Source of the DNA: an uncultured Chloroflexia bacterium
GTDB lineage: Bacteria; Chloroflexota; Limnocylindria; Limnocylindrales; CSP1-4
Length of the DNA stretch: 64,000 nucleotides
Assembly: GCA_963707215.1 (NCBI GenBank)
Contig: CAVPPB010000003.1
Coordinates: forward strand, 992,001-1,056,000
Direction of reading: 5' to 3'
This document shows, piece by piece, positions 49,086 through 60,951 of the stretch. Positions within the stretch are counted from its first letter, which is position 1, and each line of letters begins with the position of its first letter. The notes under the pieces are model-generated. The model was not told the origin of the DNA. It saw only the letters and a program-made list of their open reading frames with translations, and made no database searches. Both the position numbers and the translations under genes were made by a program.

Positions 49086-50195
49086 CTACTCCGGCAGCAG
49101 TTCCGTCGAGATCAGGTCGTCGACCGTGACCGGGTTCGGGACCAGGTCGCCCTCGAGCGTGCCGAGATAGGCGATCGTGGCCGCCCATGCCGCCGGATCG
49201 ATCGCCCCCAGGCCCTCCCGATCGGTCAACGGGCTCTCCCAGGTCTCGATCGTCGCCTCGAGGACGGCCAGCTGGGCGTCGCGCTCCGGTTCGAGCTCGG
49301 GGACCGCCACCAGGGCCGCCTCGAGCCCGACCTCGGGCTCCGCGATGATGTCCTCCATCGCCCGCAGCGTCGCCGCGATGAACGCCCTGAGGGCTTCCGG
49401 TCGGTCGGCGGTGGTCGACTCGCCGACGATGAGCCCGTTGCCCGGCAGGGGTACGATGTCGTCCACCCGGAGGAGGACCGGATCGCCTCCCTCGAGCGCG
49501 AGCCGGACCGGCTCGTTGTTGACGAAGCCGGTCGCTGCGTCCACGGCGCCCTGCTGGACCCCGGCCAGTTGTCCGAAGTCCGGGTACTCGACGATGGTCG
49601 CATCGTCGGGGGCCAGGCCAGCCGAGCCCAGGATGGCCTGGAGCATGATCCAGCCGGACCCGAAGCGACCCGGGATCCCGATGCGTCGGCCCTCCAGGTC
49701 TTCGGCGCTGCGGATCCCCGAGCTCGCATCGCTGAAGATGACGTTGGGAAAGCGCGCATAGATCGTCGCCACGTAGCGGACCGGGATGCCCTGGCTGACC
49801 GCCGGGACGAGGCTCGTGCCATCGGCGAGGGCGAGATCGACCGAACCCTGGCCGACGAGGCGGATGAGGTCGGGGTCGATCTGGTTCTGGAACTCGACCT
49901 CCAGCCCGGCCTCCTCGTAGTAGCCGCGCTGGTCGGCGAGGTAGAACTGGGCGAACTGGACCGACGGGATGTAGCCGAGCCCCACGACGAGCCTGGTGGG
50001 CTCCGCCGGCGAGGCCGACGGGCTATCTGACATGCCCGGTGACGGGGACGGTGGGGTCGTCGAGGCCGTCGGGGCGGTTGCGCCGCCGCAGGCGGCAACC
50101 AGCAAGCCGACCACGGCGGCCGCGGCCAGGATGATGGATGGTCGCGATGCTCCGCGGACCGCACGTGGCGCGCCGGTTCGGGATGGATCGGTCAT
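49086..50195 (-). CDS. NMT1/THI5-like ABC substrate-binding lipoprotein, probable riboflavin-binding RibY
   Basis: LVAAC lipobox, LGYIPSVQFAQFY, IGIPGRFGS, GFVNNEP; downstream of an FMN riboswitch. Confidence 0.82.
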   Translation of the reverse strand: MTDPSRTGAPRAVRGASRPSIILAAAAVVGLLVAACGGATAPTASTTPPSPSPGMSDSPSASPAEPTRLVVGLGYIPSVQFAQFYLADQRGYYEEAGLEVEFQNQIDPDLIRLVGQGSVDLALADGTSLVPAVSQGIPVRYVATIYARFPNVIFSDASSGIRSAEDLEGRRIGIPGRFGSGWIMLQAILGSAGLAPDDATIVEYPDFGQLAGVQQGAVDAATGFVNNEPVRLALEGGDPVLLRVDDIVPLPGNGLIVGESTTADRPEALRAFIAATLRAMEDIIAEPEVGLEAALVAVPELEPERDAQLAVLEATIETWESPLTDREGLGAIDPAAWAATIAYLGTLEGDLVPNPVTVDDLISTELLPE

Positions 50196-50209
50196 GGGTC
50201 CTCCATGGG

Positions 50210-51004
50210 TCACGCTCGCGCGCCGACCAGGCGGCGCTCGACGAGCGTCATCAGGCCGTACAGGACGACGCCGAGCAAGGCGATCGTCAGAAGGGTGGCG
50301 AAGAGGAGTGGCGTGTCGAAGCTGCTACCGCGGGCGAGGTTGAGGAGCCAGCCGAGGCCGGCCTCTGCCCCGGCCCACTCGCCGATGACGGCACCGACGA
50401 CGGCCAGGGTGACCCCGACCCGCATCCCGCCGAGGATGGAGGGCAGGGCCGCCGGTACCTCGATGACGGTGAACAGCTGGCGTCGGGTGGCCCGGAGGCT
50501 GCGGCCGAGCTCGATGAGCCGCCGATCGACGCCGCGCAGGCCGACGGTCGTCGAGACCGCGACCGGGAAGAAGACGATGAGGGCGCAGATGACGACCTTG
50601 GAGACGAGGCCCGTCCCGAACCACAGGGCGAGGAGCGGAGCGAGGGCCAGGATCGGGGTCGACTGGGCCGCCACGAGGTACGGCGAGAACACCAGGCTGA
50701 TCCGCTCGGAGCGCGCCAATGCGCCACCGATGAACAGCCCGGCCCCGGCGCCGACGGCGAACCCGAGGAGCACCTCCACGAGGGTGGTCACCGTGTGCTC
50801 GACCAGGGTGCCATCGAGCCAGGCGGATCCGAAGCGCTCGAGGACCGCCAGCGGTCCCGGGAGGATGAACTCCGGGTAGGCGCCGACCCAGACGACGAGC
50901 TGCCAGGTCAGCAGGAAGCCGGCGAGACCGAGCAGGATCGCCCCGACCGCTCGCAGCCGATGGGTCGCGGTCTTCCGGTCGATGGTCCCGGCGCGAGCCA
51001 TCAC
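50210..51004 (-). CDS. ABC permease (SsuC/TauC-like), probable RibX
   Basis: LPGP, QSTPILALAPL, FFPV, PAALPSILGG, GAVIGEW, GLG. Confidence 0.82.
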   Translation of the reverse strand: MMARAGTIDRKTATHRLRAVGAILLGLAGFLLTWQLVVWVGAYPEFILPGPLAVLERFGSAWLDGTLVEHTVTTLVEVLLGFAVGAGAGLFIGGALARSERISLVFSPYLVAAQSTPILALAPLLALWFGTGLVSKVVICALIVFFPVAVSTTVGLRGVDRRLIELGRSLRATRRQLFTVIEVPAALPSILGGMRVGVTLAVVGAVIGEWAGAEAGLGWLLNLARGSSFDTPLLFATLLTIALLGVVLYGLMTLVERRLVGARA

Positions 51005-51903
51005 GGTCCTTCCTGGTCGGCGGGATGCCCCGACGGGGCGATCGCCTCGTCGGTGGTCAGCTCGGACGGTCGGTCGCCCTCCTCGCCGGAGAAGCCCAGG
51101 TGATGACGGATCTCGATGGCCGCGCCGGCGATGGCCGGGTCCTCGAGATCACCAGCCCGGCGGGGACGGCCGAGCGGGCTGGCGACCTCGGCGATGATCC
51201 GCCCGGGCCTGGGCGACATCACCAGGACTCGATCGGCGAGGAACAGGGCCTCCCGGATGCTGTGGGTCACCATGACGATCGTCGTCGCGGTCCGTGCCCA
51301 GAGCTTCAGGAGCTCGACGTTGAACCGCTCGCGGGTCAGCGCATCGAGCGCCGAGAAGGGCTCGTCGAGCAGGAGGACCTCGGGCTCCAGGGCCAGCGCA
51401 CGGGCGATGGCGGCACGCTGGCGCATGCCCCCGGACAGCTCATGGGGGCGCAGCGTGGCCGCTCGCTCGAGCCCGACCCTGGTCAGCAGCTCGGCCGCCC
51501 TGGCCCGACCCTCCGCGCGGGTGACGCCGGCCAGCTCGAGTGGCAGGGCGACGTTGTCGAGCGTGTCGCGCCAGGGCAGCAGCCTGGCTTCCTGGAAGAC
51601 GAAACCGGCACCGGCGTCCGGGCCGTCAACGCGGTGGCTGCCGAGCTCGACGATCCCGGCCTCGGGAGCCAGTAGGCCGCCGGCGACGCGCAGCATCGTG
51701 CTCTTGCCGCAGCCGTTCGGCCCGATGAGGGCGACGACCTCGCGATGCGCGATCGACAGGTCGACGCCGTCGAGGGCGACCAGGCGATCGGGCCCGGACC
51801 CGAAGGCCACGCGAACGCCGTCCAGTCGCAGCGCCGGACCACTCGTGACCCCGCCTGGAGCCTGGTCCGCTGGAGCGGCTGACCCGCTGGTGATCGTCGA
51901 CAT
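51001..51903 (-). CDS. ABC ATP-binding protein (SsuB/TauB-like) of the riboflavin importer
   Basis: GPNGCGKST, VFQEARLLPW, LSGGMRQR, LLDEPFSALD, VTHSIREA. Confidence 0.88.
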   Translation of the reverse strand: MSTITSGSAAPADQAPGGVTSGPALRLDGVRVAFGSGPDRLVALDGVDLSIAHREVVALIGPNGCGKSTMLRVAGGLLAPEAGIVELGSHRVDGPDAGAGFVFQEARLLPWRDTLDNVALPLELAGVTRAEGRARAAELLTRVGLERAATLRPHELSGGMRQRAAIARALALEPEVLLLDEPFSALDALTRERFNVELLKLWARTATTIVMVTHSIREALFLADRVLVMSPRPGRIIAEVASPLGRPRRAGDLEDPAIAGAAIEIRHHLGFSGEEGDRPSELTTDEAIAPSGHPADQEGP

Positions 51904-51975
51904 CCCGTGCTCGAACCTCTCGAGGCTCCGGGGAACGACCGACGGCGGGCCGCCGCGCACACGCGCGAAACGACC

Positions 51976-52147
51976 CGGCCCTCTTCCATCCGGACTGTCA
52001 CCGTCGGCTCCGGTCGGACCGACGCAGGCGTCGGCCCCTCGGATCTGCTGCACCCGGCTGACGCCGGGCCGCTCGTGGGCTCGTCCCGTCCGCAAGCGGA
52101 CCGGGACCCTACCACCGGTCGGGAATCGCACCCTGCCCCGAAGGCCG
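51976..52147 (-). ncRNA. FMN riboswitch (RFN element)
   Basis: Minus strand CTTCGGGGCAGGGTGCGATTCCCGACCGGTGGTA...CCCACGAGC...GCAGATCCG...CCGGAGCCGACGGTGACAGTCCGGATGGAAGAGG; a TACCAT -10 lies just upstream. Confidence 0.93.
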
Positions 52148-52210
52148 ACGGCATGGTAGCACGGGGGCCTCGCCTCTCGGCAGGCAGCGTTCCGGCAGGG
52201 CCCGGGCCGC

Positions 52211-53431
<1,221 letters not shown>

Positions 53432-53652
53432 GGGGCCCTCCTGCGGACCGCCGGAGCGTAGCACGGGGCACGCCCGCTGGCGGCAGCCGGCCGGAGCCCG
53501 ACGGCGATGGGGCCATGCCACGCCGGTACCTTCGGTCGGCTGACCGCACCGGACCGCTCCCCGAGCATCGCCGAGGTGGCAGACGCCACAACGTCCGTCA
53601 TCCCCAGGCCGCCGCCGATGCGGTGGCGATCGGACCCGAGGTGCACTCGACG

Positions 53653-55567
53653 ATGCCCAGGACACCCGACGCTGCGTTCGCGCGCCGTGCGATCGCAGCC
53701 GTCGCCCTCGCGGTCCTGGTGGGATCGCCCCTCGCCCTCTCCCTGCCCGAGGTTGGGCGAGCGGCAGCGAGCCTCACGATCGCACCCATCACCTGGGACG
53801 TGATCGGCCTCGATTCGAACAAGCCGGGTACCGAGGGTCCGGACACCTATCCGGTGGGAGCCCGGGTCTGCAACAGCGGGGACTCGGCCGCCTCGAACGT
53901 CACGGCCACCTTCACCTGGGACAGCGCCAACCCCGACATCGTGCTGGAGCCCGGAAGCTCGTCGACGATCTCGGTCCCGACGCTGGCCACCGGGTCCTGC
54001 GCGGACGCGTACTTCAACGTCCGGGTGAACCGGGAGAAGACGGTCATCGATACCGCCCGCGGATACCACATCACGGCGGCCGCCGATGGCGGTGTCGGTC
54101 CTGTCTCGACGCCGGCCGGGCGGCAGCTCTACGTCCAGGGCCTGGTCTCCCAGGCGCGGAACACTGTGGTCTCCATCACCGGCCCAGGTGGCACCCCGGC
54201 GCCGACCACCGTCGTCGTGGGCCAGCAGTACACCTACGTGCTCACCTCGGAGACCGCGCCGGGCGGCTACGAGCAGTTCGAGACCTTCCTGGACTTCCCC
54301 AACGTGATCTTCCGGATCGTCTCGGTGGACGCCGCCTACCAGACGCCGGCCGGCCACTCGACCGACACGCTCTACACGGATGCCTGTGGATGGCAGCCCG
54401 ACCCCGCGCTCACCGACTACCTCGAGTGTGTCGGCCCGGACAAAGTCGCCGGTGGCAAGGCCGGCGACATGGTCGTGACGACCTACGTGGTCGAGATCCT
54501 TTCGACCGGGGTCTCGACGGTGGGCGCGCTCATCTACGACATGTCCGGCGCCAGCTACCACTACAACGCCGACTTCGGCGAGACGATCCTGTCGATCACC
54601 GCGGTCGACCCTGAGCCCTCCCCGAGCCCATCGCCCGAGCCCAGCCCGAGCCCGTCGCCCGAGCCCAGCCCGAGCCCGAGTCCATCGCCGTCGCCCAGCC
54701 CGTCGCCCGAGCCCGAGCCCGTCGCCCGAGCCCAGCCCGAGCCCGAGCCCTCGCCGAGCCCCGAGCCGAGCCCGAGCCCGACCCCGTCGCCGAGCCCGAG
54801 CCCGTCGCCCATCCCGAGCCCGAGTCCATCGCCGTCGCCCAGCCCGTCGCCCGAGCCCGAGCCCGTCGCCCGAGCCCAGCCCGAGCCCGAGTCCGTCGCC
54901 CGAGCCCAGCCCGTCGCCCGCGCCCAGCCCGAGCCCGTCGCCGAGCCCAGCCCGAGCCCGAGTCCATCGCCGTCGCCAAGCCCCGAGCCCGAGTCCCTCG
55001 CCGAGCCCGAGCCCATCGCCGTCGCCGACTCCGAGCCCGTCGCCCGAGCCCAGCCCGTCGCCCGAGCCCAGCCCGAGCCCGAGCCCGGATCCCTCGCCGA
55101 GCCCATCGCCGAGCCCGAGCCCCAGTCCGTCACCATCGCCGGACCCGAGTCCGAGCCCGTCGCCAGACCCGAGCCCGAGCCCGTCGCCAGACCCGAGCCC
55201 GTCGCCGAGCCCGAGCCCGGATCCCTCGCCGAGTCCGAGCCCCTCGCCGTCCCCGAGCCCGTCGCCGAGTCCGAGTCCGAGCCCGAGCCCGGATCCCAGC
55301 CCTGAGCCGAGTCCGTCGCCGAGTCCGAGCCCAAGCCCGAGCCCGTCCGGTGGCCTGGGCGGGGTCGGCTCCGGGAACGGCGGCGTGGACGGTAGCAACG
55401 GCGAGAACGAGAGTGGCGGCAACCAGCTCCCCGACACGGCCACCCTGCCAGGCCAGCTCGGAGCGTCCTCACCGGCATCGGTCATGGTGGCCCTGGCGAT
55501 CGCCGCCATGGCCGGCTGGTTCCTCGTCGGCCGTTCCAGCGTCCGGACGCGCCCACGGAGCCGCTGA
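53653..55567 (+). CDS. Secreted surface protein with Pro/Ser/Glu stalk and LPDTA sortase-type signal (frame broken inside the repeats)
   Basis: Signal peptide, ~300-aa beta-rich Cys-containing domain, PSPEPSPS repeats; C-terminus in another frame: QLPDTA + hydrophobic helix + RTRPRSR. Confidence 0.8.
54610..55348 (+). repeat. Degenerate tandem repeats (ccgagc/ccgtcg/cccgag units) encoding a Pro-Ser-Glu stalk
   Basis: Read directly from the sequence; ~740 bp of low-complexity repeats. Confidence 0.92.
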
Positions 55568-55614
55568 GCCGAGAGCCACCTCGCCTCCCGGACCCTCGTG
55601 CTAGGGTCCGACCG

Positions 55615-56854
55615 ATGAGCGACGCCTCGGGACCACCACCCTCGACGGCATCCCCTCGATCCCGATCCACTCGACGATGCCGATCCGCTGGCGGGCTTTG
55701 GCCGGCGCTTCGTCGTCGAGGACCCGGACCTGATCTACCTCGATGGCAACTCGCTGGGCCGGTTGCCACGCCGGACCGTCGTCCGCCTGGGGCAGGTCAT
55801 CGAGCGGGAGTGGGGACGCGAGCTCATCCGCGGCTGGGACCACTGGATGGACCTGCCGACGAGGGTCGGTGACCGGATCGCCGGGTCGGTCCTCGGCGCC
55901 CGTCCGGGCGAGGTGCTCGTTGGCGACTCGACGACGGTGAGCCTGTATCGACTCCTCGTTGCCGCTCTCGATCTCCGCCCTGACCGGCGGGCCGTCGTCG
56001 CGGCCCGGGGGGACTTCCCGACCGATCGCTACGTCGTTGCGGAGGTCGCGGCATCACGCGGACTCGAGATCCGTTGGCTGGAGCCGGACCCGGTGGACGG
56101 GCCGTCCGTCGGGGATGTCGAGGCCGCCCTCGACGAGGACGTCGCGGTCGTCGTCCTGAGCCACGTCCACTATCGGTCAGCCGCCATCGCCGACCTGGCA
56201 GGGATCACCGCGGCCGCCCGGAAGGTGGGGGCGCTGGCCCTGTGGGACCTGAGCCACGCCGCCGGTGCGGTGCCGGTCGAGCTCACGGCAGCAGAGGCCG
56301 ACCTCGCGGTCGGCTGCACCTACAAGTACCTCAACGGCGGCCCCGGCGCCCCAGCCTTCCTGTACGTTCGAAGGGAGCTCCAGGACGCGCTCCGGGCACC
56401 CATCCACGGCTGGATAGCGGCACGTGACGTCTTCGCCATGGCGCCCCAGTGGGAGCGTGCTCGTGGGATCGCTGGGTTCGCAGCCGGGACGCCGCCCATC
56501 CTGGGCCTGGTCGCCGTCGACGAGGGCGTCGCCGTCGTCGAGGAGGCCGGCCTGGTGGCGATCCGTGCGAAAGGCATCGCGCTGACCGAGTACGCCATCG
56601 GACTCCACGATGCCTGGCTCGCACCGCTGGGCGCGCGGCTTGGCAGCCCGCGCGACCCGGCCCGGCGCGGCGCCCACGTCGCCCTCGGGCACCCCGACGC
56701 GCAGCGCCTGACCGCGGCCCTGGCCGACCGGCAGGTGATCGTGGACTACCGCAGGCCCGACACCATCCGGCTGGGTCTGTCGCCCCTGACGACCAGCTTC
56801 CGTGACGTACGGCAGGCCGCGCTCCGGCTTCGCGACCTGATGGCGGCCGGCTAG
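55615..56854 (+). CDS. kynU: Kynureninase (apparent frameshift near the 5' end)
   Basis: DPL..., IYLDGNSLG, DSTTV, FPTDRY, WDLSHAAG, GCTYKYLNGGPG. The ATG at 55615 after TAGGGT is out of frame with the body. Confidence 0.88.
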
Positions 56855-58809
56855 CCGCGGACGAGCTCGACCGGAGGGATCGGGTCGGCTGGCTGGAAAC
56901 CGAGGACCTGCCCGAGGAACGACAGCTCGGCCTCGAACGCGCGCCGGATGCTCGCGGCCTGGCGGAACCCGTGGTCCTCTCCCGGGAACAGGATGTAGGC
57001 GTGGGGGATGCCGTTCGCCCGGAGCGCGCCGACGATCCGCTCGGCCTCGCTCGGCGGGACGACCCGGTCCTCCTCCCCCTGCAGGACCAGGACCGGGGCC
57101 CGGATCCCCTCGGCATGGAGGCTTGGTGAGCGAGCTTCGTAGCGCTCGCGTGCCTCCGGCCAGGGCCCCACGAGTCCATAGACGTAGCGCGACTCGAACT
57201 TGTGGGTGTCCTCGACGAAGCCGCGGAGGTCACCGATCCCGAAGTAGCTGATGCCGCCGGCGAAGATGTGCCGGAACGCCAGGGCAGCGAGCGTCGTGAA
57301 GCCCGAGGCGCTGCCGCCACGGACGACCATGCGAGCCCCATCGACGCGGCCCTGGTCGGCCAGCCAGCGTGCGCCGGCGACGCAGTCGTCGACGTCGACG
57401 ATCCCCCACCCGCCCTCGAGCCGCTCGCGGTAGCTCCGGCCATAGCCGGTCGACCCGCCGTAGTCGACGTCGAGGACGGCGATGCCGCGTGAGGTGAAGG
57501 CCTGGGTCGTCAGCGAGAGCGCGGTGTTGGCCGCCGAGGTCGGGCCGCCGTGGCTGGTCACGACGATCGGCGGCAGCTCGGCGTCGGGGGCCCGGAACCG
57601 GGGGTTGTGGGGCAGGTACAGGATGCCCCGCGCGGTCCGGCCGCCGTCGGTCGGGAACTCGACGGGCTGGCCGACCGAGATGTCCGCCGGGTCGAGGGCG
57701 TGGCTGCCGCCTCGCCGGATGACCTCGACGACCCCGGACGCGAGGTCGATGGCCACGATGGCGAGGCCCGATGTCGGCGAGGCGGCGACCGCGATCGCCC
57801 GGTCGCCCTGGACGTCGATCGAACCGATCTCCGTGAACGCGGTCGCAACCTCGGTCAGGGCGCCGGGCTCGGGCCCCACGAGGTAGAGGCGGTCGCGGCT
57901 GTCGCGACGGCCGACCGCAGCGACGCGACCGTCCGACAGCGGCGCGAACGTGTGCTCGCCGAAGGTCCATTCCGGGTAGGCGAACTCCACCTCGACCGAC
58001 GTCATCGCCGTGACCAGTCCGTCGCACCAGCGGCTGAGCTGGGCCCACTCGCCGGGTTCGGCGACGAACCAGAGCGAGCCGTCGGGCATCCAGCGGGGCT
58101 GGCCGACCCAGGTGGAGGCGTCACCAGCGAGTCGCTCGGCGCCCTCGATAGAGCCGTCACCAGCGAGACGGCCGACCCACAGCTCGGTGCCGTCCCAGGG
58201 CATGTTCGGGTGGTCCCACTGGAGCCACGCGACCTGCGAGCCATCGGGCGAGATGCGCGGCGCCGCGTAGAAGTCCCGGCCCTCGGCGAGCACCGTCACG
58301 GAGCCATCGGCAAGGTCGACGGCGACGAGCGCGTTCTCCCACTCGCCGTGCCGCTGGGCCGTTGCCGGCTCGTGGTCCTCTCGGATCGCCAGCAGCCGGC
58401 CCCGAGGCTCGTCCGGCTCGAGATCGGCGTACCGCCAGGCCCGCTGCGGCGTCAGCGGCGCCCACGCGCCGTCGGCACCGAGCCGGAGGAGTCGTCCGGT
58501 CGCGAAATCGGAGATGACGGCGAGGTCGCCACGGACCAGGAACGGCGCCCCGCCGTACTCGTGGACCCGGCTGCGGACGTTGACGTCCGGCGGGCTCACG
58601 TCGGACGTCGAGCGGTCCGGCGAGCGACGGACGACGACCTGGCGGCCGCCCTCGGCCGGGCGGCCCTCCAGCCAGACGAGGTCGTCGCCATCCACCATGA
58701 CCTCGATGAGCCGGACGGCGCCCTCGGTCAGCCAGTCGACGGGGAACGGCGCCTGCCAGCTCCCGTAGGGGGCGACGATCGGCTCGGATCCCCCGGCAGC
58801 ATCGGCCAT
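56851..58809 (-). CDS. S9 family (prolyl oligopeptidase/acylaminoacyl peptidase-like) peptidase
   Basis: APYGSW, SRVHEYGG, HPNMPWDG, HGGPT, GGSASG, QGEEDRVVP, EDHGF. Confidence 0.93.
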   Translation of the reverse strand: MADAAGGSEPIVAPYGSWQAPFPVDWLTEGAVRLIEVMVDGDDLVWLEGRPAEGGRQVVVRRSPDRSTSDVSPPDVNVRSRVHEYGGAPFLVRGDLAVISDFATGRLLRLGADGAWAPLTPQRAWRYADLEPDEPRGRLLAIREDHEPATAQRHGEWENALVAVDLADGSVTVLAEGRDFYAAPRISPDGSQVAWLQWDHPNMPWDGTELWVGRLAGDGSIEGAERLAGDASTWVGQPRWMPDGSLWFVAEPGEWAQLSRWCDGLVTAMTSVEVEFAYPEWTFGEHTFAPLSDGRVAAVGRRDSRDRLYLVGPEPGALTEVATAFTEIGSIDVQGDRAIAVAASPTSGLAIVAIDLASGVVEVIRRGGSHALDPADISVGQPVEFPTDGGRTARGILYLPHNPRFRAPDAELPPIVVTSHGGPTSAANTALSLTTQAFTSRGIAVLDVDYGGSTGYGRSYRERLEGGWGIVDVDDCVAGARWLADQGRVDGARMVVRGGSASGFTTLAALAFRHIFAGGISYFGIGDLRGFVEDTHKFESRYVYGLVGPWPEARERYEARSPSLHAEGIRAPVLVLQGEEDRVVPPSEAERIVGALRANGIPHAYILFPGEDHGFRQAASIRRAFEAELSFLGQVLGFQPADPIPPVELVRG

Positions 58810-58813
58810 CGGC

Positions 58814-60085
58814 CTACGTCCCGTGCCGCCAGGAGGCGACGTACTCGGCCTGCTCGGGGGTCATCGGCTCGAGCTCGATGCCGAGCGCGGCCAGCTTGAG
58901 ACGGGCGACCTCGCGGTCGATCGCCTCGGGGACGACATAGACCCGCTGTTCCAGCTCGCCGTGATGGGCCACGACCCACTCGGCCGAGAGGGCCTGGTTG
59001 GCGAAGCTCATGTCCATGACCGCGGCCGGATGGCCCTCGGCCGCACCGAGATTGACGAGGCGACCCTCGGCGATCAGGTGGATCGTCTTGCCGCCCACCT
59101 CGAAGGCCTGGACGTTCTCGCGCACCTCCGCGATGTTGCCCTCCGCCATCGACCGGAGGGCCGGCAGGTCGAGCTCGGCGTCGAAGTGCCCGCTGTTGGC
59201 CATGATGGCCCCATGGCGCATCGCCTCGAAGTGCTCGCGCCGGAAGACGTTGATGTTGCCCGTAGCGGTGATGAAGAGCTCTCCCCACGGAGCGGCCTCG
59301 GTGGCGGTCATGACCTGGTAGCCGTCCATGAGCGCCTCGAGCGCCGGGACCGGGTCGACCTCCACCACGGCGACGTGGGCCCCCATCCCGGCCATCCGGC
59401 TGGCGATCCCGCGGCCGACCCAGCCGTAGCCGGCGACCACGACGTTGCGGCCGGCGATGAGGATGTTGGTCGCCCGCAGGATCCCGTCGAGGGTGCTCTG
59501 GCCCGTCCCGTAGCGGTTGTCGAAGAGGTGCTTCGTCATCGCCTCGTTGACGGCGATGACCGGGAACCGGAGCGCCCCGTCGGCAGCCATGGCCCGCAGC
59601 CGGATGACTCCGGTCGTCGTCTCCTCGGTCCCGGCCATGACCTCGCCGACCTGGTCCGGCCGTTGGCTGTGGAGGAGCGAGACCAGGTCGCAGCCGTCGT
59701 CCATCGTCACGACCGGGTGGGCGTCGGCGACGGCGTCGAGGTGCGCGTAGTAGGTGTCGCGGTCTTCGCCCCGCCGGGCGTAGACGGGGATGCCGTAGCT
59801 GGCGACCAGCGCCGCCGCGACGTCGTCCTGGGTCGACAACGGGTTGGAGGCGGCGAGGCTGACCTGGGCACCGCCGGCAGCCAGGGTCCGGGCCAGGTTG
59901 GCGGTCTCGGTCGTGACATGGAGACAGGCGCCGATGCGGATGCCGTCGAGCGGGCGCTCCCGCTCGAAGCGCTCCCGGATCGCCCGCAGCACGGGCATCT
60001 CCCGCTCGGCCCACTCGATCCGGCGGACCCCCGCGTCGGCCAGGCCCAGGTCGGTGACGTCATGGGGCGGCAGGCTGGTGCTCAT
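58814..60085 (-). CDS. ahcY: Adenosylhomocysteinase
   Basis: [54 protein letters not shown]. Confidence 0.97.
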   Translation of the reverse strand: MSTSLPPHDVTDLGLADAGVRRIEWAEREMPVLRAIRERFERERPLDGIRIGACLHVTTETANLARTLAAGGAQVSLAASNPLSTQDDVAAALVASYGIPVYARRGEDRDTYYAHLDAVADAHPVVTMDDGCDLVSLLHSQRPDQVGEVMAGTEETTTGVIRLRAMAADGALRFPVIAVNEAMTKHLFDNRYGTGQSTLDGILRATNILIAGRNVVVAGYGWVGRGIASRMAGMGAHVAVVEVDPVPALEALMDGYQVMTATEAAPWGELFITATGNINVFRREHFEAMRHGAIMANSGHFDAELDLPALRSMAEGNIAEVRENVQAFEVGGKTIHLIAEGRLVNLGAAEGHPAAVMDMSFANQALSAEWVVAHHGELEQRVYVVPEAIDREVARLKLAALGIELEPMTPEQAEYVASWRHGT

Positions 60086-60951
60086 CGATCGGGCTCCCTT
60101 GGTGACAGGAACAGGCGACGGATCGGGGCGGTCAGGGCAGCCAGCGGCGAGCCGATCCGATGGACGAGGCGCTCCTCGAAGCGCGTGTGCTCGCGATAGC
60201 CGAGCCGCCGATAGGCATTGACGGCCGGGGGGTTGTCCGCACGGACGTTGAGGACGACCTGATCACAGGTGCGCAGAAGCTCCTGGGTCACCGCGGCCGT
60301 TGTCGCCTTCGCATAGCCCTTGCCCCGGAACTCCGCGGCGGTCAACACGTTGCCGACGACCGCCAGCCGGGCATCCTGGCTGACGACATGGGTCCCAGCC
60401 GCGGCGACCAGTCGTCCCCGGACGCGGATCCCGCAGTAGACACCCTCGGTGATCGCCGCAGCAGGCAGCCAGGAGGCGAAGCCGAGCTGGTACAGGCGGT
60501 TCAGGTCGCCGCTGTCGGTCGCGGTCAGCCGCTGCACCTCGGCCGGGAACGGTACGAACCGGTCGGCATCGACCCACATCCGGATCATGGCTCCGCCCGG
60601 GTCCACGCGGTAGGCCGTCTCGATCGCCTCCAGGGCCTCGGTCCGGACGGCCACGTATGCGGCCCGTGGGCGGACGACGTCACGCAGGATGGCGGCGATC
60701 CCCTCGTTCGAGCCCATCACGAACATCGGCTGCGGCGTCACGCCGGCGTACTCGAGGGCGACGGCGACCGGTCGATCGCCGTCGAGCGCGGCGGCCCAAC
60801 GGGTCCGCCGGAACTCCCTGTCGTCGAGATCGCAGATGGCATACGCGGCGAAGAGGCGGTCCTGCTCGAGGAACGCCCGGAGCATCCCCCGGTCCGTCGT
60901 GGTCCGGGTGACCAGCCGGCCGGCAGCCGTGGCCGCGGTGGTGACCATCAA
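60082..60951 (-). CDS. GNAT family N-acetyltransferase (two-domain)
   Basis: [35 protein letters not shown]. Confidence 0.88.
   Translation of the reverse strand: MMVTTAATAAGRLVTRTTTDRGMLRAFLEQDRLFAAYAICDLDDREFRRTRWAAALDGDRPVAVALEYAGVTPQPMFVMGSNEGIAAILRDVVRPRAAYVAVRTEALEAIETAYRVDPGGAMIRMWVDADRFVPFPAEVQRLTATDSGDLNRLYQLGFASWLPAAAITEGVYCGIRVRGRLVAAAGTHVVSQDARLAVVGNVLTAAEFRGKGYAKATTAAVTQELLRTCDQVVLNVRADNPPAVNAYRRLGYREHTRFEERLVHRIGSPLAALTAPIRRLFLSPREPDR

Noticed and set aside
53432-53650. SAM riboswitch upstream of metK
   Set aside because: No SAM-I/IV core motif visible; a -10 (TACGCT) lies about 25 nt from the start codon, leaving no room.
54610-55348. Possible CRISPR array
   Set aside because: Short degenerate coding repeats without unique spacers; no cas genes in the window.
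56851-56854. Convergent kynU and S9 peptidase sharing a CTAG stop overlap
   Set aside because: A common compact arrangement; no evidence of a special function.
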